A stretch of DNA of 63,400 nt, counting the filler, from Collodictyon triciliatum (lineage: Eukaryota), in assembly GCA_043381765.1 (NCBI GenBank). It is 8 parts of 8 records of this genome, joined end to end, with 100 filler letters (N's around TTAATTAATTAA, not from the genome) between each part and the next. Parts side by side here need not be neighbours in the genome. Positions count along the whole stretch, not along the records: positions 12,385 to 24,638 come from JBHJMP010002212.1; positions 24,739 to 36,967 come from JBHJMP010002213.1; 6 more parts are not named here. One strand, 5' to 3'. The translations under genes were made by a program, and so were the position numbers. Under the pieces are notes generated by a model. It was not told the origin of the DNA, searched no databases, and saw nothing but the letters and a program-made list of their open reading frames with translations. Every line of letters starts with the position of its first letter. Within the stretch, counting starts at the first letter, position 1. Below are positions 12,991 to 32,110 of this stretch, in pieces.

Positions 12991-15900
12991 ATGGCAGGAG
13001 AGGGCATCTCCACGCAGGAGACACCGGATGCAGCCACAATCGAGCCGATCAGCGAGTCGAAGCGCCGACTGGCCGACCTGCGCATCCTTCTCTGTGTGCT
13101 GGAGAGCGAGACAGCGGCGGAGAGAGAACAAGAGCAAGAACAAGAACAAGAACAAGAACAAGAACAAGAACAAGAACAAGAGCAAGAGCAAGAGCAAGAG
13201 CAACAGAAACAGAGGCGGGGGAGAAGGAGGAGGGAACTGACGCAGACACAGACGTGGCCATGGGAGATGAGGCGACAGCCGCCCCTGCCGCCGTCCCTGC
13301 CGCCGCCCCTGCCCGCCCCCGTGTGGGTGTCTCTGGCGCGGGTGCGGGTGCTGTCGCTGGGCGGGTGCGGGCTGGAGGCGGTGCCGCGCGGGGTGGGGCT
13401 GCTGCAGGAGCTGCGTGTGCTGGGGCTGCAGGACAACCGGCTGCCGGGCGTGGGCTGCGAGGTGTGGACGCTGACGCGCCTGCGCATTCTGCGCCTGGAC
13501 CGCAACCGCCTCAGCGCCCTGCCGGCCGACGCAATGGCCCGCCTCGCAACCCTCCACACCCTGAGCGTCTGCGCAAACGCCCTCACGGCCCTGCCCCCGC
13601 CCCCGCCCTGCCTCGCAACCCTCCTGGCCGCTGACAACCGCCTCGCCGCCCTGCCGCCCCTCGCCGCACACCCCGCCCTGCTGCACGTTGCCGCCCCGGG
13701 CAACCGCCTCCGCATCGCCTTCGCCTCTGCCACATCGGGAACAGCATCCGCATCCGCAGCCACATCGGGAACAGCATCGGCTTCGCCCTCGGTCACGTCC
13801 CTCGCCCTCGCCCGCAACGGCCTTTGCTCCCTGCGCCTGCCCGACCCGCTGCCTCTCGCCCTCCTCGATCTGCGTCTCGATGCGAACCGCCTCGCCTCTC
13901 TGCCCGCCTCTCTCGCCCGCCTCGCCTCCATCCGCACGCTTCTGCTCCATGCAAACAGATTCTCTGCTCTTCCGTCTCCGCTCTCGGCGCTCACTCGTCT
14001 CTGCTGTCTTTCTCTGCACTCTAACCCCGTTTGCGCCCATTCTACATCTACATCTACATCTACATCTACATCTACATCTACATCTACATCTACATCTACA
14101 TCTACATCTACATCTGTATATATATGATTCGTCAAAACATGTATCAATTCATTTGTGTGTGTGTGTGTGTGTGTGCTGCGCCCTTGTCGTGATTCCTCTT
14201 CGGCCGTGTGTAGATGACGCAGCTCCCCCTGTGGCTGACTCGCCTGGTTGCTCTGAGAGACTTGGCCATTGCGTCCATGGGAACTGTCGAGATTCGGTCT
14301 GCCCCGCGGGGGATTTCTCTCCTGCCCTGTTGGGTGGAGCACAATGACCAGATAGACTATATTCGTGCTTTGCAACTCTATCAATCGGTACTGCCCTTAT
14401 GCCAAAAAACAAAAAAACAAAAAAACAAAAAAAAGTGAAAAAAAAGGTCACCTCTGCATCATTTTTTTTTGATTGTATCTACTTCTCTATCATTTTCATC
14501 TTTTCGATGGAAAATACTGAGAATAATGGAAAATGATTTTATATATATGCAGGATTCTGAATCTCTCCCGGTCGCTCACGACGTTGAACAGGATTTAATG
14601 GAACGTCATCAAATTGAATTGAAAAAAATTCAAGAAATGGAATATTTGGAAAATTACCTGTGGGATTCAGAGGGACGCTCGCTTTATTACCCGTCTCATG
14701 ATGGATTGCAAGTATCAACATGTACAAAATTAGCCCTTACAAATCAAAATATATCGGCCTTCCCGTTTGGAATCACCCAGATTACACCCTTGAGGAACCT
14801 TTGTTTGGATAATAACTCGCTATCCATCATACCTGACCACATATCTCGATTACTCAATCTCGAAGAGCTGCACCTTGGCACGAACAAGTTAAGCAGTTTG
14901 CCATCTGGGTTCTCCGGACTCAACAAACTCAAGACATTGTCTCTCGAAAAAAACTTATTTTCCTCTTTACCTCTAGAGATATCAACTATGACACAAATAT
15001 CATTTCTAAACATACACAGCAATCCAGTACGTTTCCCCCCTATTCCAATATATTGTTATGTCCATGTCATCCTTCTTTTTTTCTTCCCCTCACTTTCACT
15101 AGAAGAATTATGCTTATACTCTTTGATTAATTTTTTTTTATTTCGTTTTGCTGTTGAATTTGTTTTGAAAGCAAAAGAAAAACTCACTCAACTTCAAACT
15201 AGATTGGTCACATCCCTTACTGGATGATGCTATTTTCGTTCATGAATATTCTTTGCATCCAAAGCGAAGAAGGTAAAGTCTCTGTTAAAAGAGCGCCCCG
15301 CGGAATTCGTCGTCTTCCATGTTGGACATGTGACGTTTCTCTCTATCCTTCATCCTCTACAATAGCAGTCGCACTGAAACAACTGGAGTTGTACGAATAT
15401 GTAAATCTTAATCAACAATCAACCAAGCAATTTTTAATCGAGTGGCGCATGTGTCTTTGTTTTTTCTTCTCTGTCTGTCCCATTTGTATTTCATTTTTTA
15501 AGGCCCTTTTTTTTTCTTTTCTTTTTTTTTTTTGTAATAGATTCCAGAGGAATATGACATAACTAGAGAAGTATGCTCGTCTCCAACCAACGTACTCACT
15601 ATCGACGAAACAGGAAGCATTCAGGAAATCAGAGAGTTGATGAGAAAAGTGAGAGATTTGGAGGCCTTTAAAATAAAATCAATTCAAGAGTCAGAAAGAG
15701 ACACAAAAAAGGACTCTTCCACTGACGAGGCAGACGTGCTTCGGATAGAGGTGGAGGAGCTCAGAAAGGACTTGGAAGAGGCTCAAGAAAAGTGCCGAAA
15801 GATGGAAGAATCCAAGAAAATGGCGGATGCTGCAAAGGCCAGAGAGTTGGCGACCCTTCGAAATGAATTAGAAGCTACAAAACAACAAACCAAGGAAACA

Positions 15901-17371
15901 CAAAAATTAAAAAATGATTGGGAAAACATCCTATTCAAGTTGAAGCGAAAGGAAGACACAGAAAAGAAATCAAAACTGCAAGAATCATCCCCTGGTAGCC
16001 CAAATAGACCCGTTCAGAAGCAAGCGTCCTTTGCTGTTGACAGCCCACCTGTATCACCAGGTATTTCTTTACATAGATATATCTTTTATATTTTATCTTT
16101 TTTTTTTTTGAGATAAGCTGATTCACTTTAACACCAAAAAAAAATTCTTCTTTTTCTTTTTTTATATGAAACAAAACTATATGAACAGTATGAAGAAAAG
16201 AAGAACGACGAACCTTTATCACTTACCGTTGTCAATCTTTATAAAAAAATAATATCCATATTTCGATTTGGTAATTGCGTTTTTATGAATGGTTGCAGGA
16301 GACTCGTTCAATGACCCGGTCGTTGGCGAATATGAAGATGTGATGATGGTAGATTTCAAGAAATTAGATAAACTTGGGGAGGGCTCGTTTGGTGTTACTT
16401 ACAAAGCACGACTTAGAAATGGAATTGTGGCGGTCAAGTGTTTAAGAAAAGACGTGAATTCAAATGGGAGTGGCTATGAAGAGGTAACAAAGGAGGTGAA
16501 GGCATTTATCAATCTCAGACATCCCAATGTAATCAGTTACTATGCCCTTGGGTGCAAGAGCCAAAAAGTACTATACTTGATGGAATTTGCCGATGGAAAA
16601 AGTATCTGGGAGCTGATAAAAAACTCCTCGAATCTATCATTTGACAAAATCATCAGCTATTCCATTCACATTAACGCCGGACTAGCATTTCTTCATAACA
16701 ATTCTCCGCCCATTGAGCACAGAAACCTAAAGCCCGAAAACATTCTGCTTTGTGGAGGTGTGGCCAAACTGTCCAATTTCGGAGCCCTTGCCGCCCGAGA
16801 GATAGTTATCAGTGACTCGATGCACTCCAACTATCATCATTATGCATCTCCAGAGTATTTCGATAAAGTCTACGGAACTGCGGGAGACATGTACTCTCTC
16901 GGACTGGTTGTTTGGGCTATGCTTGTTGGGAAGCGCCCGTACGAAGGCATGAGTCTCCCACAGATACTGAGCGCGAAAAAGTCCAAACAGAAGCTTGAAA
17001 TCCCTCCTGCAAGTCCGGCAAAGATAGCCAATGTGATTGGCGACTGCCTGGCCCTGGAGAGCTCGCAGCGCCCAACTAGCACACAACTTATTCCACGACT
17101 CAATGGCATTCGGCTAGACCGCGGCCCATCTGTGATGGACGTCTTTGGCAAACCTAAATCCGTCAAGGAGATGAACAACGGCGAGCTCATCCAGTACTTG
17201 GAGAGCAAACACATCTTTAAAAAGTTTGTCCAGATTGTCAAGGAGAATGGAACCACTGGCGACGATTTTCTTCAGCTGGACGAGACAACGCTTTACGCCG
17301 AGCCATACAAGCTGATTAAACTGCAGGCCCGCATCATCCAGGAATTGATAAAGGACGCAAGACTCACTTAA
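12991..17371 (+). CDS. LRR-LRR-coiled-coil-(pseudo)kinase-SAM protein (TKL-like fold)
   Basis: Exons 12991-14028, 14214-14387, ~14552-15026, 15203-15400, 15541-16060, 16299-17371 with compatible phases. Contains LxxLxLxxNxL repeats; kinase motifs GEGSFG, VAVK, HRNLKPEN, NFG, SPE, DMYSLG; and a C-terminal SAM-like segment (ELIQYL...KENGTTGDDFLQLDETTL). Confidence 0.8.
14041..14115 (+). repeat. (TCTACA)n intronic microsatellite
   Basis: Directly visible, downstream of the inferred donor at 14029. Confidence 0.9.
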
Positions 17372-17655
17372 AACGAAGTGCAAAAGCTACATTCTGGCCG
17401 GGAATATCGCACTCCCTCACCTGCCTTACTTTCTCCTTCCTTTCTTTATCTTTAAGCTTTATTTACCTAGCCGGCAAAGGATATGATTACCCTTGTGCTC
17501 CATCCCCTATTCACTGTTCCAGTTTCCACCCAGACCTGCGTCTGGGCAAAAAAAAAAAAAAAAAAAAAACTAACATCACACACGCACAAAAGGAAAAAGG
17601 CAGCCAGAAAACAAAAAACACGCCGTACTGAGTGCGATATCCAGCAAAGAAAAGA

Positions 17656-18666
17656 ATGCCGCTGTTCGGCTCGAAACCCGACCCACGAGTGAGCGAACTC
17701 GAGCAACAAGCGGAGCAGCTTCGCAAGCGGGCGGACGACGCACAGAAGGAATCACAAACACAGCGGCGACAACTGGAACAGCAAGTGGAGCAGCTGCAGG
17801 CCACTCTGCGCGAGCGAGACAAGACCATCCGGGAGCAAAGCGAGCAGCTGCGGCACGCCGAAGAGGCACAGGCCGCCCTGGAAAAGAAGCTGGGCGAGTC
17901 GACCGTGTCCTTCGAGGCGCAACTGCAGAGCAAGCAAAGCGCTCTGGACTTGCTTCACACGCAAGTGAGCGAAACACACGAGACGCTGCAGGCCAGAGAC
18001 AACGCGCTGCGGGAATCAAGCAAAGGGCGGGACAATGCCGAGATGCAACTTGTGCGGTTGGAAACCGAGGCCAAGAGTCTGACAACGCAGCTGCGCGAAT
18101 GGCAAGAGCGGACCGAAGAGCGCGAGAAAACCCTGCGGGAGGCGCAGGCAGCATCAGCAGCGTTTGAGCAGACCATAGTGCAGATGAAGCAGGCACACGC
18201 TGAGGCCATTGATGGATTGCAGAAGCAGATACAGCTGGCTCGGGATGAGCGTGAGCGCGCTCTGCAAGAAGCCGAGGCCTTTCGCGCAAAGTTTCAGCAG
18301 ACAGAGCAGCAGCGCCTCAGCGACCATGACCATGCCATGCGCAAGTCATTTGAGGGGCTGCGACTCCGTGCAGAGGTTGAGCAGCTGCATCGTGAACTGG
18401 CCGAGCTGCTTGGGCGGCCGCCTTTGCCAAAGTCGCCTCTTCACAGGAGCGGTCTGGACTCTGCTGCGGCTGTGAATGATGCTGCTGGGGTGGACGGAAG
18501 GCAATCGGCAGAAGGTGCTGCTTTGCCGCGTGTTCGGTCGGATGAATCGGTCCATATCCAGGCAACGCTGCAGCATGATGAAAAGGCCGACAAGCACGGG
18601 ATGCAGCGGTTCAAGATTCCAGTCCCGACTGGAACAGTGCATCTCAGCATCTTTGGCGGGTCGTGA
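17656..18666 (+). CDS. Single-exon coiled-coil protein of unknown function (MPLFGSKPDPR...)
   Basis: Long GC-rich ORF with E/Q/L/A/R heptad composition over ~250 aa. Confidence 0.8.
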   Translation: MPLFGSKPDPRVSELEQQAEQLRKRADDAQKESQTQRRQLEQQVEQLQATLRERDKTIREQSEQLRHAEEAQAALEKKLGESTVSFEAQLQSKQSALDLLHTQVSETHETLQARDNALRESSKGRDNAEMQLVRLETEAKSLTTQLREWQERTEEREKTLREAQAASAAFEQTIVQMKQAHAEAIDGLQKQIQLARDERERALQEAEAFRAKFQQTEQQRLSDHDHAMRKSFEGLRLRAEVEQLHRELAELLGRPPLPKSPLHRSGLDSAAAVNDAAGVDGRQSAEGAALPRVRSDESVHIQATLQHDEKADKHGMQRFKIPVPTGTVHLSIFGGS

Positions 18667-19237
18667 TGCGGGGTGGTGATGTGTTTTGTGCACTCTATAA
18701 AGATAGTGGGCGTGTAACGCTCAGATGTCTTTCTGCTCTGCCCAGGCGAGATTAGTCTGATGCGTGTTTCTGCTTTTTTTTTTAAAACAAAACAAAACAA
18801 AACAAAACAAAACAAAACAAAACAAAACAAAACAAAACAAAGCAAAGCAAAGCAAAACAAANNNNNNNNNNNNNNNNNNNNNNNNNNNNNNNNNNNNNNN
18901 NACAATCAAACAATCAAACAATCAAACAATCAAACAATCAAACAATCAAACAATCAAACAATCAAACANNNNNNNNNNNNNNNNNNNNNNNNNNNNNNNN
19001 NNNNNNNNNNNNNNNNNNNNNNNNNNNNNNNNNNNNNNNNNNNNNNNNNNNNNNNNNNNNNNNNNNNNNNNNNNNNNNNNNNNNNNNNNNNNNNNNNNNN
19101 NNNNNNNNNNNNNNNNNNNGGCCACACTAATGCGCTTTGCCCGCCGTGGAAAGAAAGTGGGGAGTTGTTGTGGTAAAAAAAAAAAAAAAAAAAAGAAGAA
19201 AAGGATAATGGATTGTTTGGTTGGTGATGCATGCGAA

Positions 19238-22200
19238 CTATTGTGGTGCAGTAAGCAAAAAGAGATGTGTTTGACCATTCATCCCATTTGTATATTTTCT
19301 CATCGCTCTTTTCTTTCTTTCAAGCATTACTTGTAAATCGATGATATCAATGCGTGAGTCGTGATAGACTGTGAGTGTATTTTCGTGCATGTAGAATCGC
19401 TCTGCTTTGATAAATAGGCTGCTTGTGTCTGTCCCTTTCTGGTTTTTTTTTTTTTAAAAAAAAAAGAAATATATTTTATCTGTCATCAATAACGTAATTA
19501 CAAAAATGAGGAAGTATATGCCAAGGAGCGCATCTACAAATCCATTCAATGAAAGTAATTAAAAAGATTGGGTATAAGAACGCTGGTGGGAAAGACAGAC
19601 CCGAATTTCGGTAACAACTAGCCGATCTGCAAGCTGTGCAATAATGACAGATTTGTATACAAGAAACGAAAGAACTGCAGAATCATACTTTAAGGCACGC
19701 AAGATTTCTCCAGTCTATGTCACGCGCTTGGATTAGTCAAAACATAGGCATTTCGACAAAAAGATATGAAGATTAGAAAGGAATGAAGAAAAAAAAGAAA
19801 AAAGAAGAGAAACCTGGAACTTAAAAATAGAAATCATGCCACGTTCAGCGACATATCCAAGGTCCTCTGCAATAAACAAGTCTTTCGGTGTTCGTACGTG
19901 GCATTCATATACACGAGCGATTTCTTTCGTCTGGAAAGTCATAGTTTCAAAGTATTGAGGTAAGAAGCAAGGATATAGATTGTTAAATAAAATAAGACAC
20001 TATTTTTTTGTTCAAAAATAAAAAAAAATCTTATTTATGCCTATTCGCTACAAATGAAAAGCATGTAGATAAAAGTGCTACGTCGATATTGTAGTGGATA
20101 AACGACTGCCCTGACGTGGTGATGAGCATACTGTTATCGTCCACAGAAAAGTCAACCACAGAACTCCCAATTTCAGCTAAAAAGACAGGAAGGGCCTGAA
20201 AAAAAAAATATGAGTTATACAATGCAAAAAAAAAGTATATAGATATTCCCATTCCAGTCATCCTAAAATAAAATAAAATAAAATAAAATAAAATAAAATA
20301 AAATAAAATAAAATAAAATAAAATTAAAGTAACGGACATGCACATTCATCTCTTCATCTCGAAAATTTTGCTCTCGATTTAAAATATATATATATATTAT
20401 TTGGAAATTGGTTACATTTCGATGCAAATCGTATCCTCGTACGGTCCCATCTAAGGATGAGGTATAGAGAACGTGCCTGTGGTACTTTGCACACGTTATG
20501 CCCTCTTTATGAGCTACAAACTCCCAATTTACGCTCAAGTTCTACGAATGACGAGATAAAATCACATTAGGATTCGATTTCACGAGAGTTAAGATAACAA
20601 AAGTATCGAAGAAAGAAGTAGAATGGATAATAGGTAAAATGGTCCGCAAAGAGCATAATTGAATTGATAAACATATTACATAAGAAAAGAATTTAGACTC
20701 AACTTACCCATAAGTTCCATGATTTGATTTTCCCATCTGCATACGCTGCAATCACAGAATCACCCAATGGATAGATAATGAGGGCACTTGGTCCATGTCC
20801 AGGATACTTATTCATGGTACCGCTCTAATGATATATCTTAGGTTTTTAATTGCTAATATGAAACGATTTACAAACATTATATCATCTAAAATAGGGGAAA
20901 GTTATGTTTCCATCGCCAGCCTCATAGTATAAAAACTTTCGAGAACGAAAAATGTACTTCATAACCCCATCGAATTACAGAGCCATCCGAGCACCCGCCA
21001 TACACATATCCTTTGATATTGGTGACGAAGGATATCGTCTGCAAATATATAACTGGGGTTTAATTGTAGTCTTCCAATAGGAGAGGACTAAAGTAAAATA
21101 AAAAAAGGAATATGAAACAGAACTGATATATAACAACTATAGCAGGCAGAAATTCAAGGTATTTCGAAAACTGTATAAATCGTGTACTAGACCTTACATT
21201 TTCAATTTTTATGGAGTGAAGTGTATTTTGGACCTGAATTTCGTCATTGGTAAACGAAGAAGCAAAAATAAATGGATTTGAAAAATATACAGGATTTGAA
21301 AAATGAGGACATAAGAATCGAATATTTTAAATGACATGCTATGATCGAATAAAGGAAAAAAATGACATGCTATGAAATGAGGAGCAAAAGTATCGGTCTA
21401 AGTGTTTAAAGAATAACCTTCCAGCTCAAACTGAGGACATCGGACTTGACTTCATCAGCCATGCTTTCGGCTGAAAGGTCAGCAGCAGAGAGGTAGGTCA
21501 TGTTATAGCACGTCCTGTTTGTTGTTTATTTGTTATGAAGACAGAGAGGAATGTTTTCATGGGCGATGAATTTGGATGGGATATATGCATCATAAATGAA
21601 CGCTTTACAGTATAGTTCTAGTGGTATAATGATAAACAAAAAAGTAAAATAAACCTCCCGCGAAGTGATTGATCTGTTGCTGATGACCAATCAGATTTAT
21701 CAACCAACGCATCATCAATCTCTTCACTATCAATTGTTTTGAACATAATATCGATGAAGAAATCCTCATCAAATCTATAATACGAAGTAATATAGTAATA
21801 TACATCGTTAGCATGCATGACAGAGGGTATACATTAACGTGGACAGCAGTCTCATATTCAAATTAAATATAGAAAAGACGTCATGCCTTCGGTCCTTTTG
21901 AGCATCATCCAATTCAGATTTTGGAAATCGGTGCATTGGCGCTTCGACAGGGAGAAATCCTGTATGAATCTGGAATCGAAACATGTATGTACCCTTTCCT
22001 TTTGATGCGTGATAAAATCGGGCGTATATGTCTCCTCTGACAATCTTGTTTATCTCAAAAATGATGTGGCTTTCCGTGGGTGGAATCAGCCTTTGATCAC
22101 AGAATCGGAAAACATGCACAATCGGTAAGAATATTCGACGATGAGAAATAAATCAGCAATAAATCAGCAATAAATTTTGTTATTGCCACTCGAATAATAC

Positions 22201-23718
22201 ATGTTTAATCACATACGGCAGCTCGAGCAAATCTTGTTCACGTGGAGCCGATGAGTAAATTAGTTCATCAGAAAGGTACAATTCAAGAAAAGGTCGACAG
22301 CCGTTGGTCTGAATAAAGAAATCATCACATAAATCAATGGATATTAGAACATTATCAAGGGAACATGATGGCATGCAACTTTTGAATCCAAATAATCATA
22401 ATCATAATCATAATCATAATCATAATCATAATCATAATCATAATCATAATCATAATAATCATAATAATAATCATAATAATAATAAAAATGATAATAATGA
22501 TAATGCCAACCGAATGAAAGTGCGGCACGCCATTCATTATAATTTTCCTCATCAGAAACGGATTTGGATTGGGTATGACACCACGGCAAACAGAGTGCAT
22601 GTAGTTCACATAACTAATGAATTATTCGTTACTTGTGCTATTGTCTTCGTTATGAATGAACCTTCAAAATCGCCGAGATTTTTAAGACTTTTAAAGTGAA
22701 AAAAATGGGACAGCCATCATAAACTGCTTGATATCCACCCACCGAACTTGCGATGGAACAGTTACACCGATGCAGTGCATCGATCTCTGTCTCCCAAAGT
22801 GGTCCAAAGCCTCGTCAGCATCGATGAAAAGTCCGGAATACATCATGTATGACGCAATTGTTGTTCCTGTCCGCCCTTTCCCCGCCATGCAATGCACCAC
22901 TGCGACATTTCTTGGGTCCGAGAGAAGATGCGAATGCATAGATTTGCATATGGCCAGAAGCAAAGGAAACGATGGAGAATGATGGTCCGGAAAGCCAAAG
23001 TCGATGACCTGCCAACATTTCTCTATTCGTCAAAACGCCTTCAAATGTATGCAGCATATGTTCACAAGATTGTGTGCTATCTATTTCATCCAAAGTCTTA
23101 TTTGATGGAGTATGAGCTGAATACAAGAGGAAACTCTTGAAGACGTTACTTGGTTGTTGAACTTTGCATAATCGTATGAGCGTTCGCTAAGGTTGAAAAT
23201 CATGAAGTGCTCTCCATGCTTGTCTAACAAAAGCGAGGCAACATCATCGATGGGGTTTCGGTAAATGCTTTCGACACCGTCCGCAGGAAATCCCATCGCT
23301 ATTTAATATTTGTTAACATACTTATGCACGAAGTTGTGGGTGATTTTTTTTAATATACACCTGAATACTCAAATTTATGTAGATAAAACATTTGATGTTT
23401 TTAGAACGCTAGTAAGAAACAAAACAAAACAAAACAAAACAAAACAAAACAAAACAAAACAAAACAAAACAAAACAAAACAAAACAAAACAAAACAAAAC
23501 AAAACAAAACAAAAAAGGCGATGGTATGTAACAAAAATATGTGCGGTAATAAAGATGAGAAGCTGATTGTTACATTTTTTGAGAAGAAAAGTGTATATCG
23601 AAATCTAACCAATGATTCGATCGGTGATATACGTTAAGTCGAGATCGTAGCCGTCGAAAGTGTACCGCCGCTTGTCGATGGAGACTTGGCGACGCACGAG
23701 CTTAGCGATCATCGACAT
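19238..23718 (-). CDS. PTEN: PTEN-like phosphoinositide phosphatase (PTP + C2) with C-terminal WD40-like repeats
   Basis: [42 protein letters not shown]...YRNPIDDV...[37 protein letters not shown]2 ([10 protein letters not shown]...[10 protein letters not shown]...ELDDAQKD). Phase-compatible exons follow with [24 protein letters not shown] and AHKEGITC...[12 protein letters not shown]. The 3' end is approximate. Confidence 0.85.
21345..21359 (+). mobile_element. Ultra-short retroposon insertion, copy 3 (TCGAATAAAGG + A4), in a PTEN intron
   Basis: Perfect 16-bp direct repeat AAATGACATGCTATGA at 21329-21344 and 21360-21375. Confidence 0.8.
23417..23514 (+). repeat. (AAAAC)n microsatellite. 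A similar array lies at 18784-18861.
   Basis: Directly visible. Confidence 0.95.
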
Positions 23719-25283
23719 TTTTTCGGGTTCTTTTGTTTAGGTTGAACTTCTCTTTCTGTTGTAGATAACTGCATTTATAAACAACCGAAAAAAATGTAAA
23801 AAGAGCATACATTCGAGTGGGTAAAGGGAAAGGGGCGTGTGAAAGAGACAACTCTACATTTTGATGCTTCAAGGATCGCTCAGAATCAGACAAACGAGAA
23901 GTAATTAAGGTATTATGGAGAATAATTCATCCGGCCATCAATAGCTTCTTGTCAATTCCAGTCTTCTTGGAGGTGCAAGGAATAGATACTGACAGAACCC
24001 GACACTTTTGTTTCTTTTTTCTTTTTCTTCGTTCCTGTTCTGTGGGTTTTGAGTTTGATTGCGCATCGCATCGTTGAAGGGTGAGCCTGCGATCAAAATC
24101 AGGGGCGAGTGACGAAGAAATCGCATCCACATTTGTTTATTATAATCGGAATTTATAGATATAATCTTACAATTCACTGCAAAAGTTGAATATAACACTT
24201 ATGAACCACAATTATTACAATAAATATATAAGATGTATACATTATGAATTATACGTACAACGAAAGGGCTCCACGAGGCAGACACCCTTATATTGGAATC
24301 TCTCCACCAAATTGAGGCGCGTATTCCGCCAGTCCAGGTTATTTTGTCTGTTTTTTTGAGATAAAAAGCATATCTTGTTCAAAAATGCCCACAAACCTAT
24401 GTGACTTGTAAACTCCGACAAACAAAGCTGTGTTTTTTCACATCTATTTTTTTGAACTTAACGTCCTTGGGTGAAACCATATCTCAGTTGATCGCAGTTC
24501 CATAGCACACACAGCCACACAGCCAAAAACAAAAAACAAAAAACAAAAAACATAAAACATAAAACATAAAACATAAAACATAAAACATAAAACATAAAAC
24601 ATAAAACATAAAACATAAAACATAAAACATAAAACATANNNNNNNNNNNNNNNNNNNNNNNNNNNNNNNNNNNNNNNNNNNNTTAATTAATTAANNNNNN
24701 NNNNNNNNNNNNNNNNNNNNNNNNNNNNNNNNNNNNNNCAGCAAACTGATACACGCTCAATCGACCATACAGCTGACCAAACCTTTAATCGCCAAGAAAC
24801 CCAAAGAATGACTTTCATTTGCTTTCTTTCTCGGCTGCATAAAAATAAAACACATTACGAGTGGAAGCAAATAGATATCATGTGAGATTGGACTTGCATC
24901 TCGCTCTTTCCCTCTTCTGAGTAAATGTGGGGTTGGTGTTGAGTCTGGAATAAAAGCGAGGATTTTGAGTGTGTAAGTGTACGAATTGTGTCGTATCAGC
25001 AAACAAAGATGTGGAGCATCGCGGCTTGTTTTGAATCAGATTGAAACCACCCGACATTCTGAGTGCTGCAGAGGAACAAAGATAAAATAAAATAAAAACA
25101 AAAAAAATAAATATAAATAAATTAAAAAACTCAAAAGTGTCGCGTTTATTGTGTCAGTTGTTTTCTTTTCATTTCTCTTTGTGTTCTTTCAGGCATCAGT
25201 CACCACCACCCAGCTGCATTCCCTAAGAGTTGCAATAGCAGCTATTCTGAATGAGGAACGGCGCACCTATCAGAAAAGCGCCT

Positions 25284-31309
<6,026 letters not shown>

Positions 31310-31339
31310 ATTCCCTGCAAGGAAATCAACTTGAAAAAA

Positions 31340-31388
<49 letters not shown>

Positions 31389-32110
31389 CAAAAAAGAAGA
31401 CGAATAAGAGACTCAGAGCGCAAAGCAGCCTGGCCAGAAGCTGCGAACAAAGAGGCGATACAAACGAAGCTTCCACCCGCGCTTCTGCTTCCTTCTCCTC
31501 CTCCGATTCCTGTGTTTTGGCCTTCTCCTTCATTGGGCACCGAACACTTCCGTGGAACAGCGCTTCGATCGCCAGCAAGAGACTCTGATCACCCAAATCT
31601 GGCGGAGAAAGTTTGTGTAAAGACTATTCCAGGAATGTCGCACATTATTCTTTTCAAAGAAATTCACACAAAAAAGGGCAAATGTCCGTCTGCACTCGCA
31701 CAGAACTGGAACCAAGTTCAAGGGTGCAGACGAAGGCCAACCAAACGAAACCAAACCAAAGATGCAGGATTCAAGATTTCGTTCTTGTCTGCTGCGGCGG
31801 CTCTGGGAGACACATGACGGGCGTAAGGAGATTCAAGAGAGTTGCAGACGGCCACCGCTCTGCCTGGGAAGCAGCGGATGGTTACAATGGCGAGGTTATT
31901 TTCTTTATGGTTGTTGTTTTTTTCTCTCGGGTTTGGGGTGGGGAATAAATGAGGACAAGATGCAGCGCACTTCCACAAGGGAAGGCGAGAGACGCGCAGC
32001 CTTTCACGGGGGATTCGAGGCCCGACCAGCGCCTCACCTTGGTGGCTATCTTCTCGGCTGTTTTAGTTTTAGTTATTTTTTTTTTTTGGGAGTCTGCTTC
32101 TCTCGTCTCG

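Noticed and set aside
12886-14384. Long antisense and alternative-frame ORFs over the LRR exon (also 42715..44727, 43386..44930, 45354..46202, 32130..33386, 31949..32842)
   Set aside because: Shadow ORFs caused by high GC and simple repeats. The recognisable domains are in other frames.
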